Shown piece after piece: positions 22,630 to 34,591 of a DNA stretch of 64,000 bases (positions within the stretch are counted from its first letter, which is position 1; each line of letters opens with the position of its first letter). The notes below the pieces were generated by a model, which ran no database searches, was not told the origin of the DNA, and saw only the letters and a list, made by a program, of their open reading frames with translations. Position numbers and translations under genes: made by a program. Origin of the DNA: Bugula neritina (Eukaryota; Animalia; Bryozoa); contig OZ037766.1 of assembly GCA_964035545.1 (NCBI GenBank), forward strand, positions 4,826,722 to 4,890,721, written 5' to 3'.

Positions 22630-25600
22630 ATGTTATCCTTCACGTTGCCGAAAGCCTGCCTCTCTTTAGCCTGTCTCCTCATTATATCTCTAAGTCTATC
22701 AACAGCGTGTAATGACGTGGTGTGCGGTCCCATAGTAACCAAGTGTCAGCTGCTCAAATCATGTAACTGTGATGTCCCTGAAGGGAAGTCTACAGAAGAC
22801 TGTCCTTGCTGTGCTACTTGTGCAGCTTGTCTCCAAGATAAATATCCTGTCTGCTGCTCCTGTGTTGGTAAGTCACATGGTGTGGGTATTCTAGCCCCCT
22901 CCCGATATATAGCTTATTATAGTGTAAGTTCTTAGGCTATGGTGTATTGTGAACAATATAGCATTGTTTAAGTAGGGAAATGAATATAATCAAATTAAAT
23001 ATCAGTGGATTGGGACTAATTTTTAGGTTTTCTTATTTTTGATATTTTTCTCAATACTTTATTTTTATCGGTGGTGTTTGAGATAGTATCTGGAATAAAT
23101 AGGACTTTTATTATTGATATTATTATTATTACTAATTATTTGTAGTCAGACTAAAGTGAAATGTTATTTATATGGTAAAATATTACTATGGTAACAGTTG
23201 CAAGTAGAGCAAATCTCTATTAATTATTTATAGTTAGTAATAGAGTAGATTTGTTTGCAACCCATATATCAACTCAACTGCTTACATCAGCTTGAGCTTT
23301 AAAAACTGATGGTTTTGACATAAATTACACCAGCTGCTACTCTTCTAATGCTTTCCTATTGCCACTCCTAAGCTTGATATGCAGTAGGAATAACTAGTAA
23401 ACATTTTCTTTCTAGAGGCTTGACTTTTGAGTAGCGACTGAAAGCTGAGCAAAGGGGCTTCTCTGGTTTCTTATAATTGTTATTATTTGTGCATATCTTT
23501 TGCATAAACAGCCTAAATAATGTGTTATTGCTCTTAGCTTCATATTGTGATTCGTTCAGAAATATGATCTCTAAGCCACTCAGCTCTTAATGCAGTTCCG
23601 TTAGTTAATTTCATCAGTGCAACTGGAGTTGTGGGACACTCTGTGCGTCCCCTTAAATACCTCTGTAAATGTCTATGAAAGCCCTTAGTCTAACTGCCAC
23701 TTTGTTATTACAAAACTGTGTACACACAAAGGAGTAAATGTCTTATTCAAAGGTATTTCAAAGAGTTGGTGGTTGCAAAGTGTGGTGATTTTGCCCTCCT
23801 ATACCCTGGCCTAGGGCCTAGACCCTATAGCCTATATTTTATACTCTGTAGTGTAGAGATTATAGGAATAGATGTAATGGCACAGCATCGTATGCCAAGA
23901 CTTTACATAATCTTTCAATAGCCAAGTTTATTATTGTAAATGGAGGATTTCCCAATCCTTTCAAATTTAAAGGATTGCTCTATCTTGTCTAATAAATGGC
24001 CATTTAGGTCAAACACACATAATATTGTGTTTTTCTAAGCATGCATTGACAAAAAGCATTTGACCAAAGGTAGAAAAAGTTAGTTGAAGTTGAGGGTGTA
24101 GATTGGTAACAGCCAAAACGCCGATTTTGAAATGAGCTGGGAAATGTGACGTAACAGCGCCAGCATTCCTGCTGGTCACGTGACTATACAAATGAATAAC
24201 TATAGAAATATGACTGTGAGATGTGATCTTTCAGCTCGTAATTTGTATATTTATAGAAGTGCAAATGTGAATTATCTCAATCTATAGTTTTTTGACATGT
24301 TAAATAACATGTATGTGATAACATTAGGCCATATTTTGCTTGTAAACATAGAAAAAAGCATTGCAAAAACATGCATTCTTTAGGATGAATGCCTGCGATC
24401 GATCTAAACTAGGTCAGATTGTGCAATATTACAGGCGCACCAAAGCTGACCTATATAGCGCACTGTAACTGCTTGAGCGTTATTGGTTGATGTTGTGCCC
24501 AGCAACCTTGAATACTAGCGTTATAGTTAGCACGTGCAGCATAGTTACTGGCGTTCACACGTCACGTATTAGGCTATTCTTTTTCATGGCTGAAAATTTT
24601 ACCTCCCTCAAAATTGGAATTTTGAAAAGCTGTTTTCTAGGCACATATTCCTTTGCAAAGCCACAATTGTTTGCATACACATTAGATTAAAGTTCATAAT
24701 TATAATGTGATTGTAATAAACTAAGATAGAGCAATCCTTTAAAAAGCTGCTCTGTGACCACCAGCTGCTAAATAATAAATTATTATTTATTTATTTTTAA
24801 GTTTTTTATAAAAAATTGGAGTTTTTATTTAAACAAAATATATATTTTATCTAGATTTTAAAATCTTTATTAAGCATACTTTGTAACACATTGTTTATTA
24901 ATTAATTATTAATTCAATTTTTAGGCATGTGTGAGCCTCCAGAGATAGTGCAGGGTGCAGTTAACTCCAGCTCTGTGGAGGAGCTGCGTGACCCTATACC
25001 TGGGCTATTTGCTGCCTTGACCACTGCCGGTGACGCCACTAATGACATGTGGAGTGTTGTTACCTACCCGGCCTATGAAAGTTTACTAAATCATAAAAAC
25101 TTTGGAGTCTCAGTTGATAAAGGTATAGAGATTTCTTATTCATTCACCTTCACACTACATACATTTCTACGTCCGTACTTTGTTTCACAAATTGACACAC
25201 ACAGAGTTTGCTTTACCCTTAGATCACAAAATATCAATATATTACAATAAATTTGGTGAATTTAGTGATATAGTTATTGTGAGGTGAGCAATAGGCACTC
25301 AGAGATATTGCAAGTCTTACTTGCAAGCACCTTACAAGCACCTGACTAACCAGTCAAATCCTAGAAGGCTGCAGTTACTCAAAGTTTCATAGTGAATAAT
25401 GTTTTGACACTTGAGTATCAACTTTTTCTGAAACTGCCAAAATTAAGCATAGATGACTACTCATCACTATCACTTGGCTAGCACCTGACTAGTGCCATCA
25501 TTACTTGACAATAGACCAGCATATGACTGCTGTCTGTCACCTAACTTACATGACACCATGCCACTGGTGTTACTCAGCATATGTCATCCATGACAGGTGT

Positions 25601-27913
25601 TGTCAGGTGTGCTCACATGCCAGCCATTGAAAACACAGAATACTGTGTATTTTGAGGTAGGAAACAATTGAATCTCAATTAGTGTTGATAAAATCTGGAG
25701 ATCCCTCATCCTCCATCACTCTCATTTTATTATGTATAACAATGTGATATTAAGTGAGAATTTAGCTGTTGAATAAGGTCATGTAATTTAAACATACTGT
25801 AACTAATATTAGCATCACTGCTGTTATAACTTCGAGTTATAACTTTGGCATACAGCTAGTACGACTGGCTAATACTAACTGACAGATAACCTTTCATTAA
25901 TAGTTGGATTACCTTTAGCTTAGTTTATAAATAAATGTACATTAATGGTTTTACATAAGCTGTTTAAAGTAACCTTTACCTATCAAACAATGATGGACGA
26001 TATCATTAAATAGTGTAGCTGTGGCTTAGGTAGTACAAAATAAAGGGCAATAAAAATTTCCAACTGCAAATATAAATTATAATATAGCTATGACAAATTA
26101 TTTTTGTGAGTTATAACAACTTGCAGCTGGCTAAACAGCACTTTTACTAGTAACTGTGACTATACACTAGTAACTGTAACTATACATTAGTAACTAGAAC
26201 TATTCACTAGTAACTGTGACCATACACTAGTAACTAGAACTATTCACTAGTAACTGTGACCATACACATAACGACACAGGCAGGACTCTATAAACTTAAA
26301 TTATATTATATAGTTTATATACAATATTATATTATATAGTGTTATATACAATATTATATAGTGTTATATACAATATTATATTATATAGTGTTATATACAA
26401 TCTTATATAGTGTTATATACAAAATTTAATTTCTCATTCACTTCATGTCCTTAGAAGCAAACAAGGCAATTCATCTTCATTAGTGTCCTTAGTCTAGTAG
26501 TGAAAACACTTACCTTTTCCAATTCAACTGCCCCACAAGGCCTTGCAGGCCCTTCTTTGTATTTCACTAAATACTGTTATTCTTAAGTGCAGCATTAGCT
26601 ATTCAAATACCAATATTTTTCTCTGTAAACCTCATTTATTTATAAAGTGCAACACTGAAGCTCTGTCAAGTGCCAGGTGGCAGCTCAAGAGGGCTTCTAA
26701 TTCCTTCATACATTTATACTTATTAGGTCCTGAAACTTGCTCCTAGGAGTTTAACTTTGGCTCTGTGTGAGAATCAATAAGATGAATGGCTGAGAGTGTT
26801 TTGCTGTCTGTTAAGACACACCTCCCTCGGAAAGTTCATTCACTGTTTACTTAATGTATAATATATAGATATTATATATATAATAATATATATAATATAA
26901 TTCATTCCCTGATCAACAAGAAGTTTTCAGAAAAATTGATAAGTTTAATCTCGCCATAATGTGTTTACAGGTTGTCTGTCCACTTAATATTCACCAAATG
27001 CATTTAGAAAACTGTGAGAAGACAATTAACAAAGCTCAATAAACAGACCTATAAACCATTATATTCCCGTGTCAATGTCACGCACTCTCTGTTATAGAAA
27101 ATAATATGGTGAGCTACTCGTGGGATGCGGAAGTGCTGAGTACAGTGCAGATGGAGAACTGCTCCGTAGCGTTTGTCAAAGACTGTCTGCAGCTGTCCAA
27201 GTGCAAGGACACTTGCAGGTCAATGGGAGCCGCCAGGTTCAGGTGGTTTCATAGCAAGGTGAGTCATTGGGGGGCAACAGGTGCTTTCTCTCCCTGGAGC
27301 AACAGGTGCTTTCTCTCCATGGAGCAACAGGTGCTCTCTCGAGTAGGTGGTGAGTGGTATGTGACTATGACTGCAGATAAACTCCCATTATGAAGATTTA
27401 TTCACAGTGTGTTGGTGCTCTTCTGTTGTATTCACAGTGATATTTTGTTACTGTGAAGTGATTGCAAGGTGCAAGTGTTAGCAAGTGGCTAGTGATGTGC
27501 ACACTTTGAAACCACATTGTATGTTTTTGTGTCCAACAAAATATAAGAACTTTTAGGTCCGAACACAATTAAAATTATTTTTTATAGTCTTTTCAATTTT
27601 ATTTCAAACCTACTATTTGATTAAAGTATTTTGTTTATATATTTGCCCACAACTATTAGATATGTTGCAATACTAAGATGTCTGTAGTATGGCAGCAGCT
27701 GCCTGTCACTTCCTCCCAGTCTACTATAACACAATACATCAGCAAGTCAGCACTTTGTATTATAATTTAAGTCAGCACATTGTGTTGCAGGGCTGCTGCG
27801 AGTGTATAGGAGACGAGTGCATAGACTACGGCAAGAACCAACCCCTTTGTGAGAGATGCACAGATGACATGGTTGAACCCGCAGTACCTATTGTGTTTGA
27901 TGATGAACTATGA
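22630..27913 (+). CDS. TWSG1: Twisted gastrulation BMP-signalling modulator, ~239 aa. Exons 22630-22867, 24925-25122, 27098-27258, 27791-27913
   Basis: Signal peptide then [100 protein letters not shown]..C. 720-nt spliced ORF with matching phases. Confidence 0.95.
23971..24738. mobile_element. Non-autonomous Kolobok-type DNA transposon (MITE), 768 bp, in Tsg intron
   Basis: Perfect 16-bp TIR AGGATTGCTCTATCTT / AAGATAGAGCAATCCT with TTAA on both sides (23967-23970, 24739-24742). TTAA plus AGG termini fits Kolobok rather than piggyBac (CCC/CCY). Confidence 0.82.
26147..26270. repeat. 20-bp minisatellite, ~6 copies
   Basis: Unit ctagtaactgtgactataca with variants. Confidence 0.85.
26300..26421. 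repeat. AT-rich 22-27-bp minisatellite
   Basis: Unit atattatatagtgttatataca repeated ~5 times. Confidence 0.8.
27275..27340. repeat. 25-bp minisatellite, ~2.6 copies, just after a Tsg donor site
   Basis: Unit gcaacaggtgctttctctccctgga. Confidence 0.8.
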
Positions 27914-28057
27914 ATATCTTTATTATTACCAACTCAGTTGTCTCCACCTGTACATTGTATCGCCTTTTATTTATTTCTATTCATTAAACTTGATATTTAA
28001 GTTTATTAAGAGCTAAAATTTTGTTGAGATCAATTGTCACACTGTAGAAGAGTTTTT

Positions 28058-28196
28058 ACTATTTAAGACTTTGTAGTTATGTACTTGAAGACTTTTACGT
28101 ACTGTACTTGAAGACTTTTACGTACTGTACTTGAAGACATGTAAGTACTGTACTTGAAGACTTATAAGTACTGTACTTGAAGACTTTTAAGTACTA
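28058..28196. repeat. 23-bp minisatellite, ~6 copies, downstream of the Tsg stop (probable 3' UTR or flank)
   Basis: Unit gtacttgaagacttttacgtact. Confidence 0.88.
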
Positions 28197-29431
28197 TGCT
28201 TGGTTCATTGCATGAGTTTGATCAACTTGAAAATACTTGATCATTGTGTCAAGGTCAGGTCTAGTAACTAGTAAGACTTTTCACTCATATTGAAGTAGCT
28301 TAGTCCTTTGTCCAATTAGTCAGGACATAATTTATGTGTGCGCTTTACTTAAACATTTTGTGTGCATAACATGGAAGTAGTTATACATTGCTATGATATG
28401 ACAACTCCAACTACCCCAAACTCGATCACCATGTTCAGTTTGTGCCATATTTTCTCTCATGTATACATGTTTTATATTTTATCCTAATCAAATTATCATC
28501 TTTGTGCATCTTTCTTATCACTTTTGGTGAAATTAACTGTTACATATTTTAACTTCACAATTATGACTCAACATCCGAATTAATGAGTAATAAAACATAC
28601 AAAACATACTAATCTTGTTTTTATTCAGCACACAGCATGTGTAGTTAATACCAAAATGGTATATCGTCTGGCTTTGTTTATCAACTTAGGTATTATATTA
28701 TATGACTTTGAATTAGTCAAATTTGTACTTTAGTAAGTTAGGCAATGTTTTACATTTGTTATAATTGAAATTTTAATTGGAAAAATTATTTTGCTGTCTA
28801 ACAATGATGCGCAGCCTTACATGAATTAAAGATGCTTTGTCAATAAATGTAAAATTGTCAGCCAAAAAGCATTCAACTTGCATACATGTGCATGTACAGC
28901 TAGCATATTGGTGGTGAAGGGAACAAGCACAATGCAAGAGGAAAAAAAACATACGAAAAATTATTAAGCTCAAGTGTTTCAACTTCAGCCAGTGACTTTT
29001 CAAAATCTACCACATCACTTTTTAAAACAATTAGAAATCTTGAGGTCTGTTGATTCTAATCTCTATCCAACATAATGTATTTTACCTTACAGAATATAAC
29101 AAATTGTAGGATATAGATTATAGAAGAACACTTCAGCCATTAAAAAGTACCTTTCAACCATACACGACACACACATGCAAACAACACCAGTGTTTTTATA
29201 TAAACTGGTATTACAGTTTTTCTAATGCACTTATGAATTTTAGTCAATTAGGGAATTTATTGTTTTTTCAACTTTTTCAAGTTGATAACTGTCTTCATAA
29301 ATGATTTCACTTTATACATAAATAGGCGGTTTCGAGTTTTATTAAAGAGTTGTCCCATCTTTAAGTATGCAAACTAAAGTGAGGTTTAGAAATAGCCAGT
29401 AAATTTTCAGCTGGCGAGTCGGTAGAAGTGA

Positions 29432-29448
29432 AGTTTCACTTTCACTTT
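29432..29448. promoter_or_regulatory. ISRE/IRF-E consensus match upstream of the BLVRB-like gene
   Basis: AGTTTCACTTTCAC matches AGTTTCNNTTTCNC; the minus strand reads AAAGTGAAAGTGAAACT. Function unproven. Confidence 0.3.
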
Positions 29449-30983
29449 AAGTTTATGCAAACGAAGTTCAAACTCCAATGATTATAAAACTGAACGTTTT
29501 CTAATCATTGTGATTATCAGTAAGCAAACCAAGCAGTTTTCCTGCAAAATGCCAACGGCAACTTGAACATGAATTATCAGTCAGTTGCACATCGCTATTA
29601 TTTTAAATGTTTGTTTACCTTTCAACTTGTGCAAATCTTAGTTTTAGTGTTTAACTTCACGTTCAAGTCTCCAGGACTTACGTTTAACTTAATTATTAGT
29701 ACTAGTAGTAGTGAATCAGAATGAATTAAATTAACTTTTAGCTAAATATTGATGTTATATAATAAAGTAAATAAAATGCATTTAAAATTCTGTGGCACTA
29801 ACTTGCTCAGCCATTGGGTGCTTTGAAAATTCATACCTCAGAGAGTGAAGATTAGAATATTTATGTTGCTTTCTTTAAATATAGTAATAAAATTAATTGT
29901 AATATTATTAGACTTAGTGTTAATATAATAAGCTCATTACTTTTTTAACAGCAGCTAGTGATTTTTGTTTAACCTATTGAATATCACAGTCATATTTAAG
30001 ACATAAGACATGGCTGCTTATTGGATTACCTATTAACATTTATGTTTAACAATAATAATTGAAAGTTTACATTTTAATTTTAATGCTTTGCAACTAAGAT
30101 TGTTGTTAAAGCAAGTTGCATAAGAAGCATTTAAATATCTATAGGGAATTCTAATGATTTTGTTTAATTTTTGTAAATATATTTTGGTTGACTAGCATCT
30201 AATCATTTTCAGAGTAAAAAATCATCAAAATTTTTATTAAATAAATATTACATAAATTATCAAATATTAAATAAATTGTAAAATAGCCTTCTGTCTCTTG
30301 TTAGATGTAAAACTTGCAAAGTGTCATTTGACAGTATGTCTGCCTGAATGTGATGGTTCTTTCTACAAAATTGGATCACTTATTCTTTCTACAATATTCA
30401 GTTACCATTGAGACCAATCTGTATGCTGTTTTGTCTATTTAACATAGTTTTACTTTGATTATGATTGAATATCGATTATTGATATGGATGGTGATGAACT
30501 GCAATGGTAATATTTGCAATAATTCTTGTGATTTTGATTGAGTGTTGGGGTTTTCAATGACTAAGTTTTAAGAATTTGCTTCTGTAGTTTCAGCCTTCTT
30601 AAATACCAAATTTATGCTAGCTCAATTCTATACATATAGCACTTTTTCTTGTTAAAGCTTTTGAAATAAATATAAAAACTTACACAGTATAAAAACTTAT
30701 GCTGTGAGTGGCATATTTTCTCCTTATTAATATCTAAATTATAAATGTTTATATGCTACTAGTAAAAAGGATATAAACATAAGATTATGTTACTAGCAAG
30801 TGTTAATCTTATTAGTGTACTTGAATTCATGTTAGTGTTACTGTAAAGGTGGTCCACTTTACTGACTGGTTAACTTATTAATTTTAGACTAATCTACCCA
30901 TCAATGGTGTTTTATTTACGATTGGAAAACTTTTGATCAACAACAATCTACTCCAACTGTAATCTATACACAAGTATTATATC

Positions 30984-33557
30984 ATGGCTACCAAACCTTT
31001 GAAAATAGTTTTGTTTGGTAAGTGTTGTTATAAAGTTTTTTTTTTACAGTGCTTTGATGTGATTTACAACATTGTAATGAAATAGTTTTTTTTATTCAAA
31101 TACATTTTTAACCGAGTAGAGCTGCAAGACTGTCTTTACTGAGTCTATAAAATTATTGTAATGTCTTTAAAAAATATTTGAAAAAGTAGCTTTAGCGTTT
31201 TATGATTCAGGTGCAACCGGTAATTCTGGACTTCAGGTGATTCAACAAGCTATAGAGAGAGGACATTCTGTAAAAGCCCTAGTGAGAACTCCTCATAAAG
31301 TTGAAATGCAGCACCAAAATTTGAAGGTCCTAGTCTATTTGCTATGTATAAAAATGTTAATTAATATAAACTTACATGCTCATATTTTATAAGATATTTA
31401 CCAACTTTAAAAAACTTTTGTAGCTGTAGATTTACGTGAGCAATCACGAGAGTTGAAGTCAGTTTCTTTTTGTGAAGACTTGTACACCTAGCACTTTTCC
31501 TGTCGTTATTTTTTTGTAATTATCATATACTGGGTTGTGCCTGTTCTAAAAAGCTTGTGTTGATAAAAAAATTGCAAATTTAATTCTCTTCGAATTAGAT
31601 CTTTTCCTTGCATAGATAAAGTTATCAATAGCAAATGTGTAAAATATATGACTGCTTTTGTTACATAAGAAACTTGTAATATATTTTTTAGGTTGTGAAA
31701 ACGAATATTTACGACGCTGAAGCACTTAGTAGCGAATTAAAAGGTATTTATTTTGAAATTAGTATAAGCAATCAGATTTTTCAGATTAAAGTATTTTGGA
31801 GTAAATATGAAGAGGTATGAAAAAGAGTGAAAGACAAATTACAGCTTGTATAGTAAACAGACAAAGTATAAAAGTGCACAGTAAATGTCATACATTGCTC
31901 GAGTTTGTAGTCTCTTCCTTTCTGTTCTCTCTCAAGTCAGCAGCTGTCTGTGTTTTGTAGACTGTGATCTTGTGCTTTCTTGTTTGGGTATTCGAGGGAA
32001 GATGCCTAGCGGTACCTCATTCTATTTAGATACTATGAGGTCCATAACCACTGCTATGAGGAAAACTAATGTTAAAAGAATTGTTGCCATGAGCTCCTGG
32101 GGCACTTACCGTACGTAGAGCTTTGTGATTCTTTATAATTTACCTTCAGCTGCCGCATTTCATATTGTGTAACAGAAAATATGTTGACAAAAGTCCTTGC
32201 TGGCCCCATACTCATCTATAGTAGAATTCTATGATATAATTTTAATAATATAATACAATTTTGATAATATAGTATAATTTAATGTTGTTGAAAATATTTA
32301 ATAACCAGGATAATGAAATAGCATTAAATCGTTATATTGTGAATAAACATTAATTTCAAAATGGCTTGATCTGATAACACATTTTTATTAAATTTACCAA
32401 TTTAACTAGCAGCTAATTTTTACTTATTATATATTTTTTTAAAATAAACATTATATACCTTAAGTTGATCAATTACTTGTAAGAGAATTTAATTGAAGCT
32501 ATTAACTTGCTTGATTTGAAAGTTTTTGTTTTGACTATGATTAGGTATAATTTGCAGATTGTATTTCATTATTTGAAGGTTTAATCAATGGATTTGCTCA
32601 AGTCATAAAAATGACTCAACTTTTCAACATCTAGCTACTTTGAGTGTTTAACTTTCATTTTTTATACATGTTAAATATTTTTGCCTATATTTTATACCTG
32701 TTTTACTTTGCAATCATTAACTTTGTGGAATTGTGGCTTATATGTCCAACACTTGCTAGTATATGTGTGTTGATTGACAGGGCACCCCAGCTCTTCATGC
32801 TTCATAGACTATGGGTTTAGATTTATCATAGCCCGTGTTCTGGACAGTATGAGAGAGATGGAGCTATTTTTAGAACATGATTGTCAGGATTTAGATTATA
32901 CTGTTGTTCGTCCGGCCGGTCTAACTGACCATCCAGTTACTGGTGAGTTTTCAAAACTTTCAATCACCATTTTTGTGATGTTTTTCACTTGCATGTACAT
33001 TTCGATTATTTGCTAGGAACTTACAATAATAATCAAAATTGCAAATTTTCACATCATAGTCTCTGTGGTGCCATAAATATTTGGTTTATTTAAAAATTCC
33101 CGCAGTTTAAAACTGTTTAAACAGCAAGTAACAGTGTAACAGTGATGTTTCTGACTGTGCGTGATTGTATCTATTTGCAGTGCTCAGGCACTAACTTTTT
33201 GGCAGTTATTCTCTCCTACTAATGTTATCAGAACTATAAGTTGTTTTTTTAATGTTGCACATAAAAGTGTTTTAGTCAGATGTCTAGCCTTGCCTTGCTA
33301 ATGATTCACGAGTCAAAATTGATAATGTCTCCAGAGTGCTTTATTCTCTCTTTTTATACTACTATAATTTTTACTTCACATTATTTTGCATGTGTGTTTC
33401 AGATAAAGAATTTAAAGTGGAAGTTGATTGCCCATGTGTGCCGCAGGGATGGTGTGGTTCTAACTTCTCTATACCGAGAGCTGATGTCGCTAGGTTCATG
33501 CTCGATACTGCTGAATCGTACTCTTTCCCCAAAACTTGCCTGTCAATTATGACCTAA
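30984..33557 (+). CDS. BLVRB: Flavin reductase (NADPH)/biliverdin reductase B-like atypical SDR, ~222 aa. Exons 30984-31017, 31211-31326, 31692-31743, 31961-32110, 32781-32942, 33403-33557
   Basis: KIVLFGATGNSG Rossmann motif, GHSVKALVRTP, DLVLSCLG, LDYTVVRPAGL, SIPRADVARFML. 669-nt spliced ORF with matching phases. Confidence 0.88.
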
Positions 33558-34591
33558 TTTTGTATTAGCTGGCCGTGATGATCATAATTATTTGTATAGA
33601 CTAGAGACTCTTTATAAAAAAAGGTTCTATTTTGTTCTATGATTTTATAGGTGGTTTGTGGCACAGTGCTCATGAACTTTGACTTAATAGTAATTTATTA
33701 ATACTAAATTTAAATGAACAAGCATCTCTATTATCATTTTTACTTTAAAATTTCTATTGCACCATTGCCTCATCATTTGTCTGAAAATGCCTACTTTCAT
33801 TGAGATGATCAATACAATCATGTATTTTTTCTTTTAGAAAATTAATTCAAGCTTGTGAATCTTTATTTTATGCATCTTGAGGTTGGAATTCCCACTCATT
33901 AGGTCACTAATCAAAGCAATATATCATCAAGTGTCATGTGAGAAGAATTCTCTCCTAAATTTAAACATCAGCTAGGTTTGACCAGGGTAAATAATTTAAA
34001 ATAGTTAGTTTATAGTCGATAAATAACTTAACAGAGCACTAGTGGAATTTTAGTACAGCTTCCCTTCCTCACCAGAAGTTTATTAAATATTATGTTCTCT
34101 GCCATTACCCACTTTACCCCACCATTACCTCTCCTGTGATAAATCTGCATGTAGTTTGATTTGATATTCAATATTTTGAAATATATAAGGTGAAGTTCAA
34201 TGTTGGCAAAACTCATTTGGCAGATATGGTATAACATGTATTTGTATATTATCACAAAAATAAATAGCCATGCTAAAACAGTGAGTTCATTAAAAGCATT
34301 CAATTTATATTTACAATTTACAAAAGAGCATAAAATACATTGCCAAGTAACATCACGGAATGCATTTTATCATCAGTATAAATTATTATGTACAAATCCA
34401 GTCATTTTTCAAAGAAAGACATGCGCAACTACAAAAATATCACATTGTGAATAATTCAGAAAATATCACCTTAGAGCCAACATAGTAAAGCAAAATATGA
34501 CATATCAAACAAAATTTGTAAGTATAGTACAGTGTGCGCGTCTATAAAATTCAATAACAGTCAACGAATGTCAATAAAAAAAATATTGGAG

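Noticed and set aside
23944-23959. Small hairpin AGGATT-tccc-AATCCT next to the Kolobok MITE, echoing its termini
   Set aside because: Only a 6-bp stem with no TTAA flanks; could be chance.
25300-25630. Degenerate cacttg/cacctg-rich repeat, loosely similar in reverse to 27460-27500
   Set aside because: Similarity is too short and degenerate to define an element.
28058-28196. CRISPR-like array (also 47933-48142 and 46457-46600)
   Set aside because: Head-to-tail units with no unique spacers, eukaryotic context, no cas genes.
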